From: an uncultured Candidatus Saccharibacteria bacterium
GTDB lineage: Bacteria > Patescibacteriota > Minisyncoccia > Phycocordibacterales > CAIRYW01
Length of the DNA stretch: 64,000 bases
Direction of reading: 5' to 3'
Assembly (NCBI GenBank): GCA_964386665.1
Contig: CAYLQP010000003.1
Span: forward strand, 28,731-92,730
Of the stretch, positions 18,883 to 28,951 are shown piece after piece. The stretch's first letter is position 1; each line of letters begins with the position of its first letter. The notes beneath the pieces are model-generated. The model was not told the DNA's origin. It ran no database searches and saw only the letters and a list, made by a program, of their open reading frames with translations. The translations under genes and the position numbers were made by a program.

Positions 18883-20055
18883 TTATAACATCTGAATATA
18901 CAAAACCGAAGTTGCAAGGACTGTCTCAAGAGATGAATTGTGGACAGTCTCCTCATATGTGACAAACTGTTCAAGATCTTTGTGTGTGAAAAATAATCCC
19001 TTAAATCCATCAGTAGTGAAAGTGTGGTTTATGTATTCTTCCGACAAGAACCATTTGGCAAGTAGATGTGTCTCAAAACTATTATCTGCAAATATAACCG
19101 TGTTTGGTAATAAAATGTTTTTGTTTAAATGCTGAAATGCTTGTCCCAAAAGTTCCTTGAGTACGTGTTGTGCCTCAGCAAAAAGCTTCAAGAGCTCGGA
19201 TTTCTTTTGATCAGTAAGCCCATTAGTTCGATACAGTTTAAGAAAACTGTATGCTTCTGTCTTTGAACAATCAAATCTCTTCATTATTAGTTCAAGTATG
19301 TACTGTTTTCCATATGGCACCGATACACTTGATTCAATAGAACCATTTGAGATATGGATCATCTCAATAACATGAGCTTCTGGTAATATCAGAATATAGT
19401 CTTTCTCTTTGATATACTCTGACATTACTGAAAAAGTTGATAATGAATATGTGTGAACAAAGATTTCAAAGTTAGGTAAAAAGATACTGATTGTTTCGGT
19501 AAGTTGCTTGTACAAATCTTCTTCAACTACCGATACAAATCCTTTATATTCGAGTGATGAAACCCTTCGTCCAATCGGATCTTTGATGATATAACCATTA
19601 GCCTTAATAGAAACAACCTTTTTTTCGATATGAATACCATTTACAAGCACCTGATCAAATAGTTTTTCGGATTGTTGTTCAAGTATTTCTGGTGTCAGTA
19701 CAAATGAAGTAGTATCAGTGAACACGTGTGTTGTGGTTTTAGATAGGTACCAAGGAACCCCTAAAAACACATGGGTATACTTGAGATTAATATCTTCCTT
19801 CATTGTCTGAATATGCACAAGTCCTTCTTGCATAATAAGTTCGGCACTACGTTTGAGTACAACAAGCATTCGAGGAACTAAATGGGATCTGTCGAGCTCA
19901 TTGTGAACTGGTATAGACATTCGATGAACAAAGAGAACGTGAGGGAGTTTACCTGTTTCAAATTTTACAATGGCCGAAATAATTTCCCCACTTTCAATAC
20001 AAAAAATAACTGAGGTTTCGTCTTTAATGATTTTTTTTTGAAACAAATGTAACAC
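18883..20055 (-). CDS. Divergent FtsA/PilM-like actin-fold protein
   Basis: Layout resembles FtsA (SVPYG, SKTEAYSFLK) but phosphate-loop motifs are degenerate. Confidence 0.55.
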   Translation of the reverse strand: MLHLFQKKIIKDETSVIFCIESGEIISAIVKFETGKLPHVLFVHRMSIPVHNELDRSHLVPRMLVVLKRSAELIMQEGLVHIQTMKEDINLKYTHVFLGVPWYLSKTTTHVFTDTTSFVLTPEILEQQSEKLFDQVLVNGIHIEKKVVSIKANGYIIKDPIGRRVSSLEYKGFVSVVEEDLYKQLTETISIFLPNFEIFVHTYSLSTFSVMSEYIKEKDYILILPEAHVIEMIHISNGSIESSVSVPYGKQYILELIMKRFDCSKTEAYSFLKLYRTNGLTDQKKSELLKLFAEAQHVLKELLGQAFQHLNKNILLPNTVIFADNSFETHLLAKWFLSEEYINHTFTTDGFKGLFFTHKDLEQFVTYEETVHNSSLETVLATSVLYIQML

Positions 20056-20084
20056 AGTAGTTTAATTATAAACTAACCTGTCGA

Positions 20085-20193
20085 ATAACCAAATCACAAA
20101 AAACAAAAACTAAATAAGTTCAAGGATCAATGCTTTACACTTCAATGTTGAGTATTGAGAAATCAAGCGCTGTTTGTAGTTTGTTGTTTGGTT
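20085..20193. repeat. Heptamer-repeat inverted-repeat element
   Basis: taaccaaatcacaaaaaacaaa pairs imperfectly with tttgtagtttgttgtttggtta. Confidence 0.65.
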
Positions 20194-20213
20194 ACCAAAT
20201 ACTTAGTGATAAG

Positions 20214-22091
20214 TTATTCGAGCACGGCTTTAATCCGTCTTACACCTGCTGAAACTGCCTCTTCTTTCTGAATCTTGAATGTTCCTTTGAGTTCTGAAGT
20301 GTTTTTGACGTGAGGACCTCCACAAAATTCTTTTGAAAATGCGTCTGCAATAGTGTCTCCAATGTAATACACAGAGACTTGATCACCGTATTTTTCTCCG
20401 AAGAAGTGAAGTGCTCCTGTTTCTTCTGCATCTTGCTTTGGCATAATTTTGTTTTGAACAGGGAGAGCTTCTCTAATCTTTTCATTTACGATATCTTCAA
20501 CTCTTTTCTTTTCTTCATCAGTCATTTTGCGTTCAAAAGAAAAATCGAACCGAAGGCGTTCTGGTGTGATGTTACTTCCCTTTTGACCAACAGTGCTTCC
20601 AAGCACATCTCGAAGAGCTTTGTGAAGTAAGTGGGTTGCGGTGTGGTATTGGAGAGACTTTTCACTCGTATCTCCAAGACCTCCTTTGAATTTTTGTTCA
20701 CTTCCAGCACGAGATAGGTCTTTGTGTTTTTTAAATTCAGATTCAAATGCTTCTTTATCTATTGCAATTCCTTTTTCTTTGGCAATCTCTTCGGTAATTT
20801 CAATAGGAAACCCGTACGTTGAAAACAAAATAAAAGCATCTTCCCCAGAAAGACTTCCTTTCTCAACTTGTTTTAAAAGCTCTTTATTTCCATCTTTAAG
20901 TGTCTTTCGAAACTTCTCTTCCTCACGCTTTATTTCTTCAGCAATAAAATCCAACTTTGCAAAAGTTTCTGGGAAGGCTTCTTTATAAAAAGAAAGCAGA
21001 GGTGACACAAGTGTACTGATTCCTGCATCTTGTATTCCAAGCTTATCCCAAAACCGAATCGCTCGTCTGAGAAGTCTTCTTACAAAGTATCCTTGCTCGC
21101 TATTTGTTGGCACTACCCCATCACCAATAAGAAAAACTGATGAACGAATATGATCTGCCACCACACGGAAAGTAGCTGTGAATTCTGTATCACTGTATTT
21201 TTTGCCTGATAATTTCTCGAGAGTATCAACAATACCGCCAAGCGTATCGATCAAGAACACATCACTCTTGTCTTCTGAGACCGCAACGATTCTTTCAAGT
21301 CCTCCTCCGAAATCTACGTTTTTTTGTGGCAATTTTTCAAAACCTGAAGCCGTGCGCCAATATTCCATAAACACAGAGTTTCCAATCTCAAGAAACCGTC
21401 CACAGTCGCAGTTAGGATGGCAATGTTCACCGAACTTCTTGTCATGTGTTACCGAATCAAATTCATAGAAGAGTTCTGAATCTGGGCCTCCTGGTTCTCC
21501 TTCTGGCATTTTTGAAGGCACACCACTTCGACTCCACCAGTTTTTCTTGACATCATAAGCAAAAATTTTCTCACCTTCTTTTATACCCCGCTTTCCAGCT
21601 TCTTCTTCGCTTATCATATCGGCATCAAGAGCATTGTCGATTCCTGCTTCTTTAAAAAGACTTTTCCATAGAGCAATCGCCTCATTGTCTTTAGCAATAC
21701 CCGTTTGCTCATCTCCACGAAATACAGTGACAAAAAGCTTTTCTGGCTTTATACCAATCTCTTTTGTTAAAAATTCGAATACAAATGGAAGTTGTTCATT
21801 CTTGAAATAATCACCAAGTGACCAGTTTCCAAGCATTTCAAAAAATGTTGTATGACGATTGTCTCCTATATCATCGATATCTTGAGAACGGAAACACTTT
21901 TGACTGTTGGTAAGTCTTACTCCTTCTGGGTGCTTTTCACCAAGCAAAAATGGTACAAGAGGTTGCATACCTGAGCCCGTAAAAAGCGTTGTAGGGTCGT
22001 TTTCTGGTACGAGTCGAGCCGAAGGAATGATAGTGTGCCCTTTTGATTTAAAAAATTCTAAGTATTTTTTTCTTACTTCTGCGGTTGTCAT
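20214..22091 (-). CDS. alaS: Alanine--tRNA ligase (short form without C-Ala domain)
   Basis: RHTTFFEMLGNWS, HTATHLL, CGGPHV editing motifs. Confidence 0.97.
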   Translation of the reverse strand: MTTAEVRKKYLEFFKSKGHTIIPSARLVPENDPTTLFTGSGMQPLVPFLLGEKHPEGVRLTNSQKCFRSQDIDDIGDNRHTTFFEMLGNWSLGDYFKNEQLPFVFEFLTKEIGIKPEKLFVTVFRGDEQTGIAKDNEAIALWKSLFKEAGIDNALDADMISEEEAGKRGIKEGEKIFAYDVKKNWWSRSGVPSKMPEGEPGGPDSELFYEFDSVTHDKKFGEHCHPNCDCGRFLEIGNSVFMEYWRTASGFEKLPQKNVDFGGGLERIVAVSEDKSDVFLIDTLGGIVDTLEKLSGKKYSDTEFTATFRVVADHIRSSVFLIGDGVVPTNSEQGYFVRRLLRRAIRFWDKLGIQDAGISTLVSPLLSFYKEAFPETFAKLDFIAEEIKREEEKFRKTLKDGNKELLKQVEKGSLSGEDAFILFSTYGFPIEITEEIAKEKGIAIDKEAFESEFKKHKDLSRAGSEQKFKGGLGDTSEKSLQYHTATHLLHKALRDVLGSTVGQKGSNITPERLRFDFSFERKMTDEEKKRVEDIVNEKIREALPVQNKIMPKQDAEETGALHFFGEKYGDQVSVYYIGDTIADAFSKEFCGGPHVKNTSELKGTFKIQKEEAVSAGVRRIKAVLE

Positions 22092-22140
22092 ATATGAGGC
22101 ATAGTATAGCGCAGAGTAATCAAAAATAAAAATACCTCCC

Positions 22141-22467
22141 CTAACTTGTGGGAGAGGCGGGTAGTGTTTGAGCAGGTAGTCTTAGTAAGGGGATGAAAAG
22201 TTCTATTCCCCAGACATAGATCCTAACTGCGTTATCTACTACAGAAGAACTTATACCGCCAAAGAATTCTAGTGGTGAGTCTTTCGCATAACAAATTATT
22301 TCTGAAACGCGAACGGTTCGACACCTAGAGCGATGTTTGTAAGTTAGAAATATCCCAATCACACTTCCCGTTTCTCGCACCGCTTCAATGGTCCACCAAA
22401 TTCTTCTTCTCCTTAGATGTATTGACAGAAGGATTACAGAGGGTCCACACAAATCTGGAGTTTTCAT
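22141..22467 (-). CDS. Hypothetical protein (uncertain)
   Basis: 108 aa ORF filling an intergenic gap; no motif. Confidence 0.3.
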   Translation of the reverse strand: MKTPDLCGPSVILLSIHLRRRRIWWTIEAVRETGSVIGIFLTYKHRSRCRTVRVSEIICYAKDSPLEFFGGISSSVVDNAVRIYVWGIELFIPLLRLPAQTLPASPTS

Positions 22468-22625
22468 TTTCTAATAAATAATAGTACACAAAAAATTGAT
22501 TATGTACAGTTTCTTTGATACGATAAAATTATAGATAGGAAACTTGAACTAATACAAACATGGGTTCTGATCTTCGTAACCCTCCTCTTACTTGTCACCA
22601 GTGGAGAATTCTCCAAGTTTGACTA

Positions 22626-22649
22626 AAACTTCCTTGTGAAGTTTTTTTT
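22626..22649 (+). terminator. Terminator of a short transcript
   Basis: aaacttc-cttgt-gaagttt followed by T tract. Confidence 0.55.
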
Positions 22650-22665
22650 GTGTTAGAATTTTCTT

Positions 22666-23304
22666 ATGAAGGCATTAAAAAATATTTTATCTCCAAAAGA
22701 ATTTCAATTACTAAAAAAACTCAACACTCCAATCAAGATTCAAAACTTTCTTGATACACTCCCTATCAACTTTGAAAAGAAAGCTGAAACGTATATGTCA
22801 CCTCGTCGGGTCCTTCAAGAAAAAAAAGCAATGTGTATTGAAGGTGCAATGCTTGCGGGAGTATGCTTGTGGCTACAAGGAGAAGAACCACTTCTCCTTG
22901 ACCTCAAGAGTTATAACGGTGATGATCACGTTGTTGCTATCTACAAACAAAATGGCTATTTCGGTGCTATCAGCAAGACGAACCACGCCACCCTTCGATT
23001 CCGTGATCCTGTGTACAAAACAATTCGAGAGTTGGCGACATCATACTTCCACGAATACTTTGATGTGAAAACAGGAGAAAAGATCCTTCGAAGCTTCTCT
23101 AAACCCTTTAACCTTCGAAAGAAATACGGTACAACGTGGATTACTCGAATGGATGAAATGTTCGATGTAGCAAATGATTTAGATACGTCTCCTCATATTA
23201 TGTTTACCTGCAAAGCCAACCTAAAACACCTTCGCTCTGCCGACAAAATGGAACTAAAGGCAGGCAACATTCTAGAATGGAAGAAAACCAACAAAAGAAC
23301 GTGA
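22666..23304 (+). CDS. Conserved hypothetical protein, possible transglutaminase/papain-like fold
   Basis: SPRRVL..AMCIEGA, DDHVVA, GAISKTNH, LRFRDPVY. Confidence 0.6.
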   Translation: MKALKNILSPKEFQLLKKLNTPIKIQNFLDTLPINFEKKAETYMSPRRVLQEKKAMCIEGAMLAGVCLWLQGEEPLLLDLKSYNGDDHVVAIYKQNGYFGAISKTNHATLRFRDPVYKTIRELATSYFHEYFDVKTGEKILRSFSKPFNLRKKYGTTWITRMDEMFDVANDLDTSPHIMFTCKANLKHLRSADKMELKAGNILEWKKTNKRT

Positions 23305-23323
23305 TTATGCTACAATAAAGCCC

Positions 23324-24202
23324 ATGACGAAACGAGAACATATATTTATTAATTTATTTGCAATACTTGTCTTGCTATCACTTGCTTCCTTTGGAATATA
23401 CAAATACTACCTACTAACACTTCAAAACAAAGCACAGACGCAAACAATACAAACTCTAGAGCAAAAGATCGCTCGCTTTGAAGAAGATATTACCAAGCGA
23501 GAAGAAGAAAAAAACAGCCTTGTGAATTCACTCCTTGCCGAACAGGAAAAGGTAAATCAGATTGGAAGTGAATTTGAAAAAATAGCTGATACAGTAAACA
23601 CACTCGAAAAGTTATCAAAAACAGATAAAGAGCTTCTACAAAAATACTCAAAAATATACTTCCTCAATGAGCACTATATTCCAGAAAAACTTACCCTTAT
23701 TGACCAAGACCTTTTGGCCACAGGTAGAAAAGAAATATACATCCACTCAAAGGTTAACTCTTATCTTGAAAAAATGTTTGAAGACGCACAAGATGACGGG
23801 ATTGATTTACGTGTTATATCTGGATACCGATCATTTGAAACTCAAAAAGCACTAAAAAGTGCTTACAGTGTCAATTATGGAAAAGGTGCAAATACGTTTT
23901 CTGCTGATCAGGGGTTTTCGGAACATCAACTGGGAACAACGCTTGATTTCACTACTAAGCAACTTGGCCAAAGTTTCGCTTCATTTGAACAAACAAAAGC
24001 TTACCAATGGTTAAATGAAAACGCACATCGTTATGGCTTCACTCTGTCATATCCAAAAGGAAACACGTTCTATATCTTTGAACCGTGGCACTGGCGGTTT
24101 GTTGGATTAGAACTTGCAGGAGACTTGCACGAAGATGGAAAACATTTCTATGATCTTGAACAACGTGAGATTGATACGTATTTAGTAAATATTTTTGATT
24201 AA
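23324..24202 (+). CDS. Membrane-anchored D-Ala-D-Ala carboxypeptidase, M15B (VanY-like), with coiled coil
   Basis: SGYRS, SEHQLGTTLD, EPWHWRFVG. Confidence 0.92.
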   Translation: MTKREHIFINLFAILVLLSLASFGIYKYYLLTLQNKAQTQTIQTLEQKIARFEEDITKREEEKNSLVNSLLAEQEKVNQIGSEFEKIADTVNTLEKLSKTDKELLQKYSKIYFLNEHYIPEKLTLIDQDLLATGRKEIYIHSKVNSYLEKMFEDAQDDGIDLRVISGYRSFETQKALKSAYSVNYGKGANTFSADQGFSEHQLGTTLDFTTKQLGQSFASFEQTKAYQWLNENAHRYGFTLSYPKGNTFYIFEPWHWRFVGLELAGDLHEDGKHFYDLEQREIDTYLVNIFD

Positions 24203-24204
24203 TT

Positions 24205-25896
24205 CTACAAAAAGTATCTTGTCTTTATAGCGAGTAAATGTCGAGCACGATGTTTTTCGTAACTGCTTTGATCAAACACTGATTTTTTGATCATATCTCC
24301 AATATGTTTTGCACCAATATAATGCGGTACTGCCACATACGTTGCACCCGCTTCATATAATGCATCTGCTTCTTTTGAATCATGAGAAAGCAATATCACC
24401 ACAGCGTCTGGATTCTTACCTTTGGTATAGGTAACCAAAAGCATATTGGTGTCAAAATCTGGAATTGTTGAAACAACCAAAGATGTGTCTTTTAAATTGA
24501 GCTCATCAAGAAACTCGACATCCTCTGCATCACCAAATCGATGTGGAATATTTCTCTGTTTCAAGTCTTTGAGAGTGACAGGGTTAAAATCAACAATCAA
24601 AAATGTTTTGTGAATTGATTGAAACACTTTCACAAAATCCATCCCCACTCTTCCAAAACCAAACAACACAACATCGTATTTCACATCGGTATTATGTTCA
24701 TTACGAACACGTGTTTTGGTTGGAAATATTTTTTTTATAAATGGCTCACAAATATAAAACAACTTATCTGAGTACATAATCAAATACGATGAACCTGCAA
24801 TCGTAATCATCCCAACAACAGTCACGAGAGATAACACTTCAGTTGTAATAAATCCAAATGAATGTGAAAGTGCCATCAATATCAGCGAGAACTCGCTAAT
24901 CTGAGCTACGGTAAGTCCGGTTTGAAAGGAAGTTTTGTGTTTAAACTTCAACATATACATCAAAACAAACACAATAATCGGATTACCAATCAACACAAAA
25001 AGTGACAACATCACCCCATCAAAAACCAAACTCGATACATCAGTCACTACAAGACTCACTCCAAGCAAAATAAAGAAAAGTAAGACAAAGAAATCTCTGA
25101 GTGGCTTAAGTCTCGAACTAATTTCATACGCAAACGGAGACGCAGCGAGCGTTACTCCAGCAATAAGGGCTCCAATCTCGATTGAAAAGCCAACAAATGC
25201 AAAGATTGAAGAAATCCCAAATCCCCAAGCAAGCGAAAATATAAACAAAAACTCTTGATTTGAAGCAATGAAGCTCGTGAACTTGGATACAACCTTTGTA
25301 CTCAACAAATACAAAAAGACTGTGAGCAACACCCCTTGGACAACAAGAAACAAAATATGAAATCCGATAGAATTGTCAGTTGTCTGATGAGCTCCAAGGG
25401 TAGAGATCACCATCAAAATAATCGTTGCAACAACATCTTGTACCAAGAGCAGTCCTAAGGCTACTTTACCATACAGTTTTGTTAGGTCACCTTTGTCCGA
25501 AAGGAGCTTAAGAATAATGATTGTGCTACTAAGTGTGAGAGCAAGACTCACGAGGATTGCAGGTACGACCGCAAGACCAAGTGCAAGACAAATAAAAAAC
25601 CCTATAACCGACGTAAATACTACTTGCCCAAGCCCTGTGACAAAAGAAACCTTTCCCACTTCTTTTATAATATGAGGTGAAAGAGAAAGTCCGACAATAA
25701 AAAGAAGAATACTGATTCCTATTTTTGAAAACACTTCAATATGTTCAACTGATTCGATAACATTAAAAAAATAAGGACCAAGCAAAATACCCGAAAGAAT
25801 GTATCCAACAACAAGAGGTTGTTTCAAGAATCTCATTACAAAAGAAACGCATGTTGCAATGATCAAAATTATACTTAGTTCTAAAAAGATACTCAT
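24205..25896 (-). CDS. Cation:proton antiporter (CPA2/Kef-type) with TrkA-N domain
   Basis: LLFIVGL, SSTIIILKLL, LLVQD, QISEFS; GFGRVG RCK domain. Confidence 0.92.
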   Translation of the reverse strand: MSIFLELSIILIIATCVSFVMRFLKQPLVVGYILSGILLGPYFFNVIESVEHIEVFSKIGISILLFIVGLSLSPHIIKEVGKVSFVTGLGQVVFTSVIGFFICLALGLAVVPAILVSLALTLSSTIIILKLLSDKGDLTKLYGKVALGLLLVQDVVATIILMVISTLGAHQTTDNSIGFHILFLVVQGVLLTVFLYLLSTKVVSKFTSFIASNQEFLFIFSLAWGFGISSIFAFVGFSIEIGALIAGVTLAASPFAYEISSRLKPLRDFFVLLFFILLGVSLVVTDVSSLVFDGVMLSLFVLIGNPIIVFVLMYMLKFKHKTSFQTGLTVAQISEFSLILMALSHSFGFITTEVLSLVTVVGMITIAGSSYLIMYSDKLFYICEPFIKKIFPTKTRVRNEHNTDVKYDVVLFGFGRVGMDFVKVFQSIHKTFLIVDFNPVTLKDLKQRNIPHRFGDAEDVEFLDELNLKDTSLVVSTIPDFDTNMLLVTYTKGKNPDAVVILLSHDSKEADALYEAGATYVAVPHYIGAKHIGDMIKKSVFDQSSYEKHRARHLLAIKTRYFL

Positions 25897-25953
25897 TTGC
25901 ACTTATTATATAATAATTTTTTCAAAAAAGAAAAATATAGTATGATACATTTT

Positions 25954-26298
25954 ATGAGAAATGTAATGAAAAGTTTTAGATGGGCGGTTAATGGCCTCAA
26001 GACAGTTTGGCGCGAAGAAAGAAACTTTCGTATTGAAGTGGTTATCGCCTGTATCGTTGTGAGTTATGGATGTCTCAAGGACCTTTCCGCATATTCCTGG
26101 GCGCTCTTATGTGTAGCTATCACTCTTGTACTTACCGCAGAGATTGTAAACACAGCAGTTGAAGATATATGCAACAAAATAGAACCAAAACAGGATAGTA
26201 CTATTGGTAAAATAAAAGACATTATGGCAGGATTTGTTCTCCTTGCTTCAATCTGCGCAACACTGCTTGGAATGATTATTTTTGAGATAGGTTTCTAA
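25954..26298 (+). CDS. dgkA: Diacylglycerol/undecaprenol kinase family protein
   Basis: SF..A..G...ERNFR, EIVNTAVE, KD..AG. Confidence 0.9.
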   Translation: MRNVMKSFRWAVNGLKTVWREERNFRIEVVIACIVVSYGCLKDLSAYSWALLCVAITLVLTAEIVNTAVEDICNKIEPKQDSTIGKIKDIMAGFVLLASICATLLGMIIFEIGF

Positions 26299-26301
26299 CA
26301 T

Positions 26302-27567
26302 ATGACACAAATACACATTGATGGCTTTCATACTGACGGATCAGGCATGACAAAGAAAGATGATTATACGTATCACATCTGGAACGGACTTCCTGGTGAA
26401 GATGTAGAAATTGAAATATCAAAAAAGAAACGACGTCATATCGAAGCTCTTGCAACAAACATACTTAATCCATCTCCAGTTCGAATCGAACCACTCGAAA
26501 AGGACTTTGTTTCTTCGAGTCCGTGGCAAATTATTGAGCTTGAAACAGAACTTCTCTTCAAGCGAAGCATCACCACCGAAGTATTCAAACAACTCCCTGA
26601 CATCATCGAGTTGTTTGCAAAAGAAAAGGTGTTTACAGATAGCACCCGTCTGCACTACCGACACAAGATGGAGTATCATATTTATACCGATGAAGAAAAT
26701 AACTTCCATCTTGGTATCTTTGGACGAACCGAAAAGAAAAAGATTCCTATCCCGCCAAGTATCCTCGCAACCGACGCACTCAATCTCACAGCATCAAAGA
26801 TCATTACATGGCTTGATGAAGTTAAATTCCCTCGCCCACTACTTAAAACCATTATCATTCGAAGTAATACAAAAGGAGAAACTGTTGCAGGGCTTTTTGT
26901 AAAAACACACGAAATCGAACAACTTCGCACTAACCCCTTTGATAACCTCACTATTTATTATTCAGAGCCCAAGAGCCCCGCTTCTGTTGCAACAGAACTT
27001 CTTGTTGAAGCAAAGAAACATACACTTACGCAGTCACTTCTTGGTATGCCGTTTACGTATGGGCTTATGAGTTTTTTTCAGATAAATCCTTCTGTGTTTG
27101 AAGCAACCCTTCGAGACATAGAACAGTTTATCGAAGCAGGTTCTTCAGTTGTGGACTTTTATTCTGGAGTTGGAACCATAGGACTTTCTCTTCGCAAGAT
27201 CGCAAAAGATATCGTTTTGGTAGAAGAAAACAGTGATGCAGTTACGTTTGCAAAACAAAATATCGAAAACAACAACATACAAAACGCGCAGGCGTTTTTG
27301 GGTCAAGCGCATACACTTCGAGAATACATCAATGCCGAAAGCATTCTTATCGTCGATCCACCACGAGGAGGACTTCATCCCAAGGTGATCAAAAAAATCA
27401 TCGAAACACTTCCTCCAAAACTCATTTATCTTTCTTGTAATATCGAAAGCCAAGCCCGTGATCTCCAAGACATCCTTCCTTTTTACAAACCAGTTTTTGC
27501 CAAGCTATACAACTACTTCCCTATGACTCCACATGTTGAGAGTTTGATTGTGTTGGAGAGAAAATAA
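26302..27567 (+). CDS. RNA m5U methyltransferase (RlmD/TrmA family)
   Basis: TRAM-like N-terminus, SFFQIN, DFYSGVGTIG, VDPPRGG, YLSCN, FPMTPHVE. Confidence 0.92.
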   Translation: MTQIHIDGFHTDGSGMTKKDDYTYHIWNGLPGEDVEIEISKKKRRHIEALATNILNPSPVRIEPLEKDFVSSSPWQIIELETELLFKRSITTEVFKQLPDIIELFAKEKVFTDSTRLHYRHKMEYHIYTDEENNFHLGIFGRTEKKKIPIPPSILATDALNLTASKIITWLDEVKFPRPLLKTIIIRSNTKGETVAGLFVKTHEIEQLRTNPFDNLTIYYSEPKSPASVATELLVEAKKHTLTQSLLGMPFTYGLMSFFQINPSVFEATLRDIEQFIEAGSSVVDFYSGVGTIGLSLRKIAKDIVLVEENSDAVTFAKQNIENNNIQNAQAFLGQAHTLREYINAESILIVDPPRGGLHPKVIKKIIETLPPKLIYLSCNIESQARDLQDILPFYKPVFAKLYNYFPMTPHVESLIVLERK

Positions 27568-27676
27568 GTTTAGTTTTTTTAAAAAAATAATATTAAATGA
27601 ATAAGAATTGATTGTACACTTTTTTATTATAAAAAAGGGCGTCAACTACATAGCCAACACCTTAAATTGAAACGAA

Positions 27677-27859
27677 TTAACTTTTTTTACACCATACAAT
27701 AAGAGCACTACCACAGCTCCCAAAAATCATAAAACCTGCCTTATGTATGATTTGTGATTGCATACTCACTTGAGTGAAATTAATTCCAAGCAAGTGATCG
27801 ATAATTGTTAGCACCCATGCACCAGCAAGAAGGAACGCAATAAGAATAAAGATTTTCAT
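27677..27859 (-). CDS. Small two-TM membrane protein
   Basis: 60 aa hydrophobic ORF; TTGACA-17-TATATT at 27883-27911. Confidence 0.55.
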   Translation of the reverse strand: MKIFILIAFLLAGAWVLTIIDHLLGINFTQVSMQSQIIHKAGFMIFGSCGSALIVWCKKS

Positions 27860-27958
27860 TTGTGTTTTTTTGTCCAGTGGTAAATATACAAGACAATAAA
27901 TAATATGTCAAACCACTTGAAATCTTTTTTTAAAACAATCTATCTATTACAAAACAGC

Positions 27959-28930
27959 TTATTCCTTGAGTTTAGATACATACTCTCTCAAAATCCCCAT
28001 CGCTTCTTTTGCATTTGGTGCATCCATTAGCGCGATCCGTAGATCGCTTGCGTTTTCGAAGCTTTGGATATAACTTTTGAAATGTTTTTTCATAAGGGCA
28101 AAGTTTTTTGTCGTCCCTAAAATCTCATCAAAAAGTTCTATATGAAGAAGAAGTGCTTCAAGCTGAGATTTGAGATCCTTTGCTTTGCCTTCTTTGCTAA
28201 ATAGAAATGGATTTCCAAATATTCCACGTCCTATCATCACTCCATCACATCCGGTTTCTTTGACTCGTTCTCGTGCTTCATCGAGGTTTTTGACATCTCC
28301 GTTACCGAGAATAAGTGTTTGTGGTGCTAATTCATCTCGAAGACCTACTACTTGTTTTACAAACTCCCAGCGTGCAGGAACTTTGGACATTTCTTTGCGT
28401 GTTCGAGCATGGATGGTTAATGCCTGAATGTCTGCTTTAAGTAAAATTGGAATCCATTTTTCAATCTCAACTGTGTTGTAACCAATTCGAGTTTTGACAG
28501 ATAAAGGAAGAGTTGGCGCACCACGTTTTGCCGCTTCGATTACACTGAGCGCAAGTTCTGGATTTTTTATCATTGCAGAACCGCTTTTTTGTTTTTCGAT
28601 ACTTTTGTCAGGACAACCCATATTGATATCAATTCCATCAAACCCGAGTTTCTCTACAAGAGCCGCTGCAATCTCCATATGTTCTGGATTTGAGCCAAAA
28701 AGTTGAGCGACAATTGGTCTTTCGCTTTCATCGTATTCGAGGTCTTTGAGAAGCTTTTTCTTCCCTTCTTCGGTTGCACGTACAAGCCCGTCCGCTGAAA
28801 CAAATTCAGTCCACGTGACGTCTGGCTTACCGTATGTGGCAATCACTTTTCGAAAAGACGCATCTGTCACATCCGCCATCGGCGCAAGGACAAAAAAAGG
28901 TTTTTTTAATTTTGACCAAAAGTTTTTCAT
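27959..28930 (-). CDS. dusB: tRNA-dihydrouridine synthase (DusB-like)
   Basis: LAPMADVTD, DINMGCP, SVKTRIG, IHARTR, GNGDV, MIGRG. Confidence 0.93.
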   Translation of the reverse strand: MKNFWSKLKKPFFVLAPMADVTDASFRKVIATYGKPDVTWTEFVSADGLVRATEEGKKKLLKDLEYDESERPIVAQLFGSNPEHMEIAAALVEKLGFDGIDINMGCPDKSIEKQKSGSAMIKNPELALSVIEAAKRGAPTLPLSVKTRIGYNTVEIEKWIPILLKADIQALTIHARTRKEMSKVPARWEFVKQVVGLRDELAPQTLILGNGDVKNLDEARERVKETGCDGVMIGRGIFGNPFLFSKEGKAKDLKSQLEALLLHIELFDEILGTTKNFALMKKHFKSYIQSFENASDLRIALMDAPNAKEAMGILREYVSKLKE

Positions 28931-28951
28931 ATCATCTGCAATATACCAAAT

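Noticed and set aside
20214-22091. alaS as a truncated pseudogene
   Set aside because: Catalytic and editing motifs are intact; C-Ala-less AlaRS is a known compact form.
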